Assembly (NCBI GenBank): GCA_015232565.1
Contig: JADFZK010000011.1
Location: 358 to 64,357 of the forward strand
Direction of reading: 5' to 3'
DNA: 64,000 bases
Source of the DNA: Candidatus Omnitrophota bacterium
GTDB taxonomy: Bacteria; Omnitrophota; Gorgyraeia; Zapsychrales; Fredricksoniimonadaceae
In this document: positions 35,333 to 43,390 of the stretch, piece by piece
Layout: every line of letters starts with the position of its first letter
How positions within the stretch are numbered: the first letter of the stretch is position 1
Translations under genes and position numbers: made by a program
Notes under the pieces: generated by a model
Database searches by the model: none
What the model saw: the letters and a program-made list of their open reading frames with translations, nothing else
Told to the model about the DNA's origin: nothing

Positions 35333-38300
35333 TCACGGCAAGCCGACCGGCCGGGCATTGTTACTATTTAGGGACCAGACACTGCCCGTCATCTGCATCA
35401 TATTGATGACCACCGGAGCAAAGCCGTCCACGCCGCGGGTCTTGATGCGCTGGATCTCGGCAGGATCAATGTTGACCTTAACCCCGTTTCCGGTGCGTTC
35501 CACGGTCATATTGAGCATGGCGGAATCGAAGTCGATACCACCCACCTCACTGTTCGCAGAATAATCAATTCCTAACGCTTTAAGATATCTAGGAATATCA
35601 TCGCCTGGTTTATTATGTTCTTTATTCCGGTCTTCTCGACTAACGGGAAAGGAAGATGCATGTAAGCGTGTATTATTAGGATCAGTACCATTTCCTCCCA
35701 TAATGCTGCGCAACTCAACTTTCTCTTTCACAGTCAACGCCGCTCCCGCATGCGCCATACTATCCAAAGGCTCAATCAACCATACCTCCACCTCACCACT
35801 GGTCACATTCCCAACCACCGACTCAAGAAGATTAACCGTTTGCCCTTCTTTTTGAATAGTGCGCCCGGCCAGCCCGTTATAAAAATCCCGGGTCCAACTA
35901 TCGGAAGGCCTAAAACGCGGCAACTGATGAATAACACGAAGACCCAGCTCCTTCAATCTGGCCTTTACCTTCTCTTGAAGTTCGTCGATATTGGGTAAAG
36001 CCAAAGAATCCGGACGAAACATAATACTAGCCACTTTATTAAGCCCAGCCCCAGCCACCAGGGCCGGTGCGGCTGACTGCAATTCATCATTAACTTTCTT
36101 GGCCAATGCTTGCGCTATTACCATCTTGGCCACTGCCAAAGGAAGAAAAAAGTCCTTATCTGTTAAAGTTGAATCCAATTTTTTTGCTTTTTCGGCATCC
36201 TGTTCGCTCAAACTTAATTCCTGCGCTATGTTTTCCGGAGAAACATCAAATCCATTTTTCATGGCGCTCGTCAACCAATTATTTACGATTTGATAATCGT
36301 AAACGCCAGGCGTTCCATTATAAATATTCCACATTGATACACGAAGTTTGATTGCCAGCGCACGATAAACATCATTTGATTCAATGTCGAGTAATATACT
36401 GCTAGGAAGCAAAGCCAGGGCCCATTCAAAACCAGGGATCCCGGCCAGTGCCAGGCGAATCGCCGTAGAAGAAGCACCGCCCAGATTACGATCCTGATTC
36501 AACATAATCCGACCGCTTTTAATAAGATCGTCAACATCGAGCGTTTCTCCATGAGTCTTCTCGCCATCAAACGAACTGCGTTCATTAAAAAGACCTATCA
36601 CCTGGGTTGTTTCTGTCACTAGGGCGGTTTTTAACACCTCTGTCTGCGCCGCAATAATATCCAGCCCAAAACCTTCACTTAAAAGACGCCCGATAAAATC
36701 TGCTTCCCAACCGGTTTCCGGCATTTCTTCCACCCCGCTACTGATCTTCACTAAACGTTCAACGCGTTCTAAAACATCCTCTAACAATTTGGGAATTGTA
36801 TCCCGCACAACTTTGCCATCAATCTCTTCAGGAAGCCTTAATCCGCTTATTGGATCCCTTTTCTTTCCCGGAGCCTTACCGTGCATATGATCAGTACCAA
36901 CAAGGTAATAAATAATTAATTCCTTAAGCTTCTCCGGATTCGTTAATGCCAGCCTAACCAGGAATTCAACAACTTGCGTTTCTCCATCGACAGTTCCAAT
37001 ATGCTCCAGCGGCATCGAAATGAACGGCTTCATCCCAGGTTTTTTAACGAAACGCGATATCATTTTCTTGCGATGAACCTCAGTAAACAAAGTTAAAATC
37101 TTGCGAAAATCGGCCCCTTGCAGACGCATTATACAATTTGCGGTCTTTGTTCTAACAAAACCTCTCCTTATCGCATCATCCTGACCAAAATGATACGGAT
37201 CGGCCGCCAACGGATAAAACACAAGTGCATGCTCATTGATTCTGTCATCCATCACCGCCATCCCAATACCTGCCGTGGAACGTAAAATCCTCCTTTCTTC
37301 GTCATCCAAAATAAACTTAATTTTCATTTTTGTTTCTGGTGTTAATCCCGGACGCTCAAGCAACTTCCAGTTAAGTTCTTGCAACAACTCGTTTTCCATA
37401 ACCAGAACATCACTTACGGTCTTATTTTCGCGAATTTCATCAGCGTACTCTTTGCGCGCCCATGAAAACGCGGCCAATTGTTTGCCCAGCCAATCGTCCT
37501 GAGTAACTGCAAAGATCACCGCACGGGTCAACATTCCAAAGGCATTCTTTCTATCATGCACTCGTTTCAAAAACGCTTTCTCTAAAACCAGGCGTACTCC
37601 ATCGTAATAAACCCCAAAAGTTTCTTTCTTTCCATTGTCAACCACCATAACCGGCTTGCCTGTTTGACCCAACACATGCCAGGCCAAAGAAATGCTCGAC
37701 TCGTATTCGTACTCGCTTTCAATCGGAACCATTTCATTATACTTAACCGTAGATAAAGCAACGGGGCTATCAAAACCGGCATTGGAGAAACGAGCATCAT
37801 TAATCAGTTCGTCAATCAAAATGGTTCTTAATGCCTTCCCATCCACATCAACTGGAGAATTGATCTTAACCTCTCGCCCGTTGAATTCCAAAAAAACCGA
37901 AGTTTTGTCCTTAAACTTAATTCTGATCCTGTTATTCCCCATAACTTCAAAAGTGTCTCCTTCAGCAATCAGATCATTAGCATCCAGAACCAGCTCGTTT
38001 TTCCGACCCAATAAATTAGCCACAGCAAATGCCACACTTGGCAGTGATTGTGACGTTAAAATCCCTGCCGGGAAATCAGTGGGCAACATTACAATACGAG
38101 TGAAAACTTTATTCGGTGTTGCCAATGCCACCGTTGCTTTTATTTGCTGTCCATTATTTGTAGCGCTCTCACTGAAATCTTTCGATGCCGCGGACTGAGG
38201 CCTGGCCTCCAGACGCTGCGCCAAATCAACATAACTTTCTCCACCGGAAAAATACTTACGCGGAATTATTTCGCCTGTTACCGGGTCAGCGTCTTCATGA

Positions 38301-39283
38301 ATCAAATTAAAAGCCCCCTTGCTGAATTGCTTCAAGTATTCCTTATAAATACGCTTGCGAGCATAAGGATCATTGGAATTCACTCCGGCCGTTTTCTTCT
38401 GGTTTGCGTACACCTGGGACAACAAGCTGTCTTTGAGCGCTTTTTTGTACCAAGTCGCCAGCACCATAGCGCCGTATACCTGGCGCAATTGGGCAAAAGC
38501 TTCTCCAGTGTTAACTTCTTTTTCAATCGCCGGGAGCATTACTTCGCGCATTACCTTCAACTCCATCTCCTGCATGGCATCCGAAGGCGCCGCCTGATCC
38601 TCGGCCGCACCCTGCGCCTTACTGGCCGCCAGCCCAAAATAGTCCCGCGCCAGCATTACTTTCATGGAAAGCTCACCCAGTAAGACCGTATTGTTATTCT
38701 CGTAAACCACGGCCTTGTTTGGCACTATCCAAACCTTGCTTAGGGTGTCCAGCGGAACCTCGGTAGTACCCAGCTGTTCTTTGGCCGCGGCATATACCCG
38801 GCTCCAGAAAGCTTTTCCGGTATCCGAATCCGGATGCAAAATGCTTGAAGCATAACGCTTTAGCGCACTATCCTGCGCCAACATAACGCGGCCCATCTCG
38901 GTTAACCCGAGCTCATTGGGAATAATGCGATCGTTCTCGTAAGGGGAAAGGTTAACCCACAACTCTTTTTCGGGTATCGTTACTGCGGCCAGAAAATATT
39001 TCGCAAGTTTCTCTGTTTCTTTCTTTAACGCTTCACCGCTTAACTCGGTGGAACCGTTATCTACCACAAAATCAAACACCAAGGGCTCATCAACACGCAC
39101 ATTTAGAGCGCGCAGATGTACCGGAAAATATCCAGCATTCGCGGAAACGGTAGCAACAGCCGGCAAGTTAAAAGCCACCTGCGCCATTGCCGGCACCGGG
39201 AAAACCGAATTAACGCTAAAAACCAAAGCTAAAACTGCCGCCATCCGCTTTACAAAACCAGACTTCTTTGCGCAATTCAACAT
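35333..39283 (-). CDS. Large secreted modular protein: signal peptide, N-terminal module (~350 aa), cargo with NadD-like and NDK-like domains, C-terminal GGIDF module
   Basis: Sec-type signal peptide; WVNLSPYE...RKYFSGG N-module; DPYHFG, VGTD and SSTAIR; FRPDS...TSG...LHAS; GGIDF...GFAPVVINM. Confidence 0.75.
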   Translation of the reverse strand: MLNCAKKSGFVKRMAAVLALVFSVNSVFPVPAMAQVAFNLPAVATVSANAGYFPVHLRALNVRVDEPLVFDFVVDNGSTELSGEALKKETEKLAKYFLAAVTIPEKELWVNLSPYENDRIIPNELGLTEMGRVMLAQDSALKRYASSILHPDSDTGKAFWSRVYAAAKEQLGTTEVPLDTLSKVWIVPNKAVVYENNNTVLLGELSMKVMLARDYFGLAASKAQGAAEDQAAPSDAMQEMELKVMREVMLPAIEKEVNTGEAFAQLRQVYGAMVLATWYKKALKDSLLSQVYANQKKTAGVNSNDPYARKRIYKEYLKQFSKGAFNLIHEDADPVTGEIIPRKYFSGGESYVDLAQRLEARPQSAASKDFSESATNNGQQIKATVALATPNKVFTRIVMLPTDFPAGILTSQSLPSVAFAVANLLGRKNELVLDANDLIAEGDTFEVMGNNRIRIKFKDKTSVFLEFNGREVKINSPVDVDGKALRTILIDELINDARFSNAGFDSPVALSTVKYNEMVPIESEYEYESSISLAWHVLGQTGKPVMVVDNGKKETFGVYYDGVRLVLEKAFLKRVHDRKNAFGMLTRAVIFAVTQDDWLGKQLAAFSWARKEYADEIRENKTVSDVLVMENELLQELNWKLLERPGLTPETKMKIKFILDDEERRILRSTAGIGMAVMDDRINEHALVFYPLAADPYHFGQDDAIRRGFVRTKTANCIMRLQGADFRKILTLFTEVHRKKMISRFVKKPGMKPFISMPLEHIGTVDGETQVVEFLVRLALTNPEKLKELIIYYLVGTDHMHGKAPGKKRDPISGLRLPEEIDGKVVRDTIPKLLEDVLERVERLVKISSGVEEMPETGWEADFIGRLLSEGFGLDIIAAQTEVLKTALVTETTQVIGLFNERSSFDGEKTHGETLDVDDLIKSGRIMLNQDRNLGGASSTAIRLALAGIPGFEWALALLPSSILLDIESNDVYRALAIKLRVSMWNIYNGTPGVYDYQIVNNWLTSAMKNGFDVSPENIAQELSLSEQDAEKAKKLDSTLTDKDFFLPLAVAKMVIAQALAKKVNDELQSAAPALVAGAGLNKVASIMFRPDSLALPNIDELQEKVKARLKELGLRVIHQLPRFRPSDSWTRDFYNGLAGRTIQKEGQTVNLLESVVGNVTSGEVEVWLIEPLDSMAHAGAALTVKEKVELRSIMGGNGTDPNNTRLHASSFPVSREDRNKEHNKPGDDIPRYLKALGIDYSANSEVGGIDFDSAMLNMTVERTGNGVKVNIDPAEIQRIKTRGVDGFAPVVINMMQMTGSVWSLNSNNARPVGLP

Positions 39284-39322
39284 AAAGATCCTCTGTTTTA
39301 TGTTAGTTTATCAGTTTTGCTG

Positions 39323-39376
39323 AATATAGTATAAAACGGACATCCTTGCAATGAAAAAATCTTTGCTTTAGCAAAG
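39323..39376 (-). promoter_or_regulatory. Promoter of the modular gene with an adjacent palindrome
   Basis: TTGCAA-17 nt-TATATT (39351-39323); inverted repeat CTTTGC-TTTA-GCAAAG at 39361-39376. Confidence 0.5.
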
Positions 39377-39413
39377 TATGCAATATATTTCAGAGAAAAT
39401 CAAGGGGACGAAT

Positions 39414-39616
39414 AAAAAAACCGGGCCAAGACACTTCCCATCTCGTGGGAAACGCTCAACCCGGCACTAAACATCGGGGGCTGTCAGGGTGGCAAGGAAG
39501 TACAACGAGTCTGGTGGATTCGTCTTTGGGGAGGGTTCCTGACAACCCCGTATCTAATCGGCCCGGCATAACCTCCGAACCCTATCTTGCAAAGAACGCG
39601 GCGACCACTCCCGCCT
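39414..39616 (-). ncRNA. Candidate structured non-coding RNA of unknown family ending in an intrinsic terminator
   Basis: Long stems with G-U pairs that favour the minus strand, a U7 tail, and a TATGCT -10-like element at 39624-39629. Confidence 0.5.
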
Positions 39617-39802
39617 AATTGAAAGCATACCCTATAAAAACGCTAAAAACAGCCCTTTTGGCGAAAAACGGGAAAACGTTTGCCCGATTTGCGCGGAATT
39701 TTTTTGCCAAAACATAAATGCTCGTCGGGAAATCACACCTTTAGAAGCTAAAAAGGCGTGCCAGGAAGGCTGAAAAATAATTAAAAAAGTTGCTAAAAAA
39801 GC

Positions 39803-41125
39803 TTAAAAATTGCCCAAAATAACGCGCCGCTCGTCGGAGATGGAATAAAACCGCACCGCCTCTTTTAGCCCGCAGGCCTTAAAGGCGATCTTTTTCTTTT
39901 TCAGGAACCGGGCAGCCTTCAACGCCAGCACGGTTTTCTTGCCCGCTCCGCAAGCGGCAATGAAAAGTTCCGGGCCTTTACGGCAGAGCTCTTCCACATC
40001 GCGTTCGGCCAGATAGGACGGCGTAATATCACCAAGCTCCTTGACCTTGCCATCGGCGCGAATAAAGAACGGGCCCGACATCAGGCGCCCCTTGACACTC
40101 AATTTACCGGAAGGCGTTACCCGGACCACGGGATAATAGGGCGCGTCTTTCAGGTCCCGGGGATCACATTCCTGGCGCACCGCCGCCACTGCCCCGAGCA
40201 TGGTGGCATCGTCGCCCAGCTTGGCCTGCAAGACCCGGGGCGTATTTAATCTGGCGAAGAACGGATCCTGTTTCAACGCCCGCTCCACGACCGGTAAAAT
40301 ATATTCTCCGCACGACTCAACCAGGCCCCCGCCAAAAATAAAAGCTTCCGGATTGAATATATGGTTAAGCGATACGCAGGCACTGCCCAGCGCCTCGGAA
40401 GACCTGCGGATAACGCGCGTAACCAGCGGGTCTTTGGCTTGCAGGGCTTTTTTTATTGCGCCGCTTTTAATTTGCCGCAATTCTTTACCCGCAATATTCT
40501 CGATCAGCGAAGCTTCGCCGTCCTTGACCGCCGCCCGGATATCCCGCTCTATAGCCCAGCGGCCAGCCAGCGCTTCCAGGCAGCCGGTATTGCCGCAAGT
40601 GCACTTTGGCCCGGCGGGATCCACGCTCATATGCCCCAGCTCCGCCGCCGCGCCCTGGGCGCCATCCACCATCCGCCCGCCGGCGATCACGCCGCCGCCC
40701 ACGCCCGTACCCGGAAAAATACCCACTACATTATTGGCTTTACGCGCCGCGCCCAGCCAGCGTTCGCCCATTACCCCGAAATTAACATCGTTGCCTACCG
40801 CCGCCGCAGTGCCGTATTTCTTCACCAGGATCTTTCTTAAATCCACCCCGCTCAGCGAGATGTTAGGGGTCACCACCACCTTGCCAGCGCCATCAACCAC
40901 GCCCGGCACCGCCACTCCAATGCCCAGGATATTCTTGAGCTGAACGTTCTCTTCCTTTAACAACTCCTTGATCACCTGGTACAAAGCCGCCAAAATGGCC
41001 CCCGCGCTGGCCTTGGCCGGCGTGGGCACCTTGATAGCGCGCGCGATCTTGCCCGAAGGGCTTACCAGCCCGCCGTAGATCTTGGTGCCGCCGATATCTA
41101 TACCGATGAAGTATTTTTTAAACAT
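39803..41125 (-). CDS. ROK-family sugar kinase (glucokinase-like) with an extra C-terminal domain (possibly Mth938-like)
   Basis: GIDIGGTK, NDVN, GTGVGGG, ELGH, CTCGNTGCLE; ~120-aa C-terminal extension. Confidence 0.85.
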   Translation of the reverse strand: MFKKYFIGIDIGGTKIYGGLVSPSGKIARAIKVPTPAKASAGAILAALYQVIKELLKEENVQLKNILGIGVAVPGVVDGAGKVVVTPNISLSGVDLRKILVKKYGTAAAVGNDVNFGVMGERWLGAARKANNVVGIFPGTGVGGGVIAGGRMVDGAQGAAAELGHMSVDPAGPKCTCGNTGCLEALAGRWAIERDIRAAVKDGEASLIENIAGKELRQIKSGAIKKALQAKDPLVTRVIRRSSEALGSACVSLNHIFNPEAFIFGGGLVESCGEYILPVVERALKQDPFFARLNTPRVLQAKLGDDATMLGAVAAVRQECDPRDLKDAPYYPVVRVTPSGKLSVKGRLMSGPFFIRADGKVKELGDITPSYLAERDVEELCRKGPELFIAACGAGKKTVLALKAARFLKKKKIAFKACGLKEAVRFYSISDERRVILGNF

Positions 41126-41135
41126 AATTGGAATA

Positions 41136-42482
41136 CTACACGACCGCCGAACAGAATTCAACAGGCAAACCGAATATCCGCTCCAGCAAGTCGGACTTTA
41201 CTTTAGCGGCGGATAATTCGGCGGCAATATCCGCGCCCTTGTTAACGCGCACAATACAGTCGATCTTGTGCAAACCGACCGCCAGATCCACTCCGGCCAC
41301 CAGGGCCCGATGGGTCCGGTCCAGGCCATCGGCAATACGCAGGCAAGCCGCCAGCACACCCACGTTCTCCTGATCATAAAAAGCCAGATCAGCATAGACC
41401 TTGTGCTTGCTGTCCGGCAAACTCCCCCGGTGATAACGGGCCGCTAAAGCCACCATGGCCCGCTCGGCCGCGTTTAACGGTAAAGTACGGTCTTGTAAAA
41501 TTATATCCCGCGAAGCTTTATGGTGCCCTTCCCGGCCATTGACCCACCCGGTATCATGCAATACAGCGGCCACGCGTAAATAGACCTCTTCACGCCAGCC
41601 CAGGCGATGCAGGTTTTTCAGCCCGCTGAATAGCTCTCCAGCCAAACGCGCCACCTGCAGTTCATGGTCCCCTTGCGGGAACTTGCGGCTTAAGGCGCCC
41701 GCCGCCGCCAGGCATTTCTCCGCCTCGGCTTTATTCAGGCCGTCCTGCCCCTCCAGACTGCGCGCTTGCAGGAACGAACGGATCAGCCGCGGCGAAAAAT
41801 CCCGCGCCCGCATCTCGTCCATTACGCTATCTCCGGAATAAGGCACCCGCCAATGTTCCACGGCCAGCCGCTCCGGACTGATATCCAGCACACAATACGA
41901 AGCGCGCGTATCACCATCAAAAGACCGGCCCACCCCGCCGGGATTAATAAAACGCACCCCGTCAACCGTCCGGTCAAAGAACTCATGCGTGTGCCCGCAC
42001 AAAACCACCTTTACCCCCTGGGGGCGCACTTCCGCCGCCAGGCTTTGCAATTTTTCTACCGCCGTACGCGGGGTAATGCCGTCGTTAATCCCGCCCGGAC
42101 TGCCATGCGTCAACAAAAGGCTCCAGCCGGCCACGTCCAACAATTCAGTCCGGGGCAGGCGCGCAATGAATTCCCGACTAACGGAGTTCAAAGCCTGATT
42201 GGTCCAGGCAAAAGAATAAACCTTGTCGGGGTCCTTGCCGGCGGAACGCATCTTGTCCGCATGGCTGTTATCGGCGCATTTAATATCGTGATTACCCAGG
42301 ACATGGCGGGAACATTGCTTCGCCAGCAAAGCCACCACCTGATTAGGGAACGGCGCGTAACCCACCATATCACCCAGGTTCCAGCTTTCATTAACGGCGC
42401 GGGACTGCGCGTCCTGGATAACTGCCTGCAGAGCGGGAAGGTTAGCGTGAACATCCGCGAAAAGGGCGATCCGCGTGCTCAT
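41136..42482 (-). CDS. Metallophosphoesterase fused to a Ppx-type HD domain
   Basis: DVHAN, GDMVGY, GNHD, HGSP, GHTH, NPG; then LHDTG, HHK, ARYHR, LRIADGLD. ATG overlaps the CHAD stop. Confidence 0.87.
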   Translation of the reverse strand: MSTRIALFADVHANLPALQAVIQDAQSRAVNESWNLGDMVGYAPFPNQVVALLAKQCSRHVLGNHDIKCADNSHADKMRSAGKDPDKVYSFAWTNQALNSVSREFIARLPRTELLDVAGWSLLLTHGSPGGINDGITPRTAVEKLQSLAAEVRPQGVKVVLCGHTHEFFDRTVDGVRFINPGGVGRSFDGDTRASYCVLDISPERLAVEHWRVPYSGDSVMDEMRARDFSPRLIRSFLQARSLEGQDGLNKAEAEKCLAAAGALSRKFPQGDHELQVARLAGELFSGLKNLHRLGWREEVYLRVAAVLHDTGWVNGREGHHKASRDIILQDRTLPLNAAERAMVALAARYHRGSLPDSKHKVYADLAFYDQENVGVLAACLRIADGLDRTHRALVAGVDLAVGLHKIDCIVRVNKGADIAAELSAAKVKSDLLERIFGLPVEFCSAVV

Positions 42483-43390
42483 GGGCGGTCGAGGGTAAAA
42501 TAGCTCAGGCGGGCCCAGGTCTTTTGTTTCTTCAGGCGCGACCAGATCAACAGGAAGTCCTGGTAGGCTTCCGCCCGGCGCAGGGTGCATTCTTCATGCA
42601 GGAAATTGACCGCCCGACGAAAATACACGTCACGGCCGGAACTGTCCTTGAATATCTTTATCAAACCCAGCCAGATATCAAAATTATGCATATCGCCCAA
42701 AGCCCGCTGGACTTTCATGGCCGCAAAAATAAAAGGCTTAACCTTGTTCCCGTACAGGCATTCGAAATTCTCCAAAGTGTACCGGAGATTTTTGGCCGCA
42801 ATGCGCATTTCATGCAATTCCTTCACGCAGGCGGCCTGACGCACATACGGCTCCAGGCTGAACATTTTCTCCAAACGCTCCAGGATATTGTTCTTGGCCC
42901 ACTCGTCGAGCGTTACCCCGGTCTCGGCCAGCGTCGGCTTAAGCCGGCGGATAGACTTGAAAACCTGGTGCTGATGCAAACGGGACAAGTCTTTTAGGAT
43001 GCGCGGCTGGATCTCGGCCCGGTCTTCCCGAAGCTCGTCGATGATCTCGAATATACCCTCGCGGTATTTAAGGCCCGGCGCAGTCTTGCCTCCGGCCGGC
43101 TCGGTGACCGGCCCCGCGGCCAGCTGGGTAAGATAAGAGATCTTGGTATCGATATCCCGCGCTTGTCCCAGCGAACGCAAAAGCCGCTTGATATTCAGGA
43201 TCGCCGCCTGATACTCGCGCGAGTTCACCGTTTCCTTAAAATCAGCCAGGGTACTCTTCAGCCGGCGCAGATCCACCCGCATACGATGCAAATGCTCGAT
43301 ATCCTGGCCCAGGCGCACTCCCTTAACCTCGGCCTCTACCGCCGCAATATGCTTTTCCACCAATTTGGTATACAGCGTCCGTTCATCCAT
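42479..43390 (-). CDS. CHAD domain (polyphosphate-binding) protein
   Basis: LHRMRV..RRL, LG.ARD.D, LHEMRIAAKNLRY, LGDMHN. Confidence 0.9.
   Translation of the reverse strand: MDERTLYTKLVEKHIAAVEAEVKGVRLGQDIEHLHRMRVDLRRLKSTLADFKETVNSREYQAAILNIKRLLRSLGQARDIDTKISYLTQLAAGPVTEPAGGKTAPGLKYREGIFEIIDELREDRAEIQPRILKDLSRLHQHQVFKSIRRLKPTLAETGVTLDEWAKNNILERLEKMFSLEPYVRQAACVKELHEMRIAAKNLRYTLENFECLYGNKVKPFIFAAMKVQRALGDMHNFDIWLGLIKIFKDSSGRDVYFRRAVNFLHEECTLRRAEAYQDFLLIWSRLKKQKTWARLSYFTLDRP

Noticed and set aside
35333-39283. Classical polymorphic toxin-immunity pair or prophage/integron
   Set aside because: The variable part is internal rather than C-terminal, no small immunity ORF follows, and no integrase, attC or phage genes are present.
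39476-39550. SRP RNA or tmRNA on the plus strand (GTCAGGGTGGCAAGGAAG; GGGGCTG)
   Set aside because: It lacks the SRP helix-8 GNRA stem with AGCAG and the tmRNA T-arm/CCA end, and the wobble pattern favours the minus strand.
39456-39569. 37-codon leader peptide (MPGRLDTG...) inside the candidate ncRNA
   Set aside because: GGAGG is only 2 nt from the ATG and there is no run of regulatory codons; it is not excluded, but unsupported.
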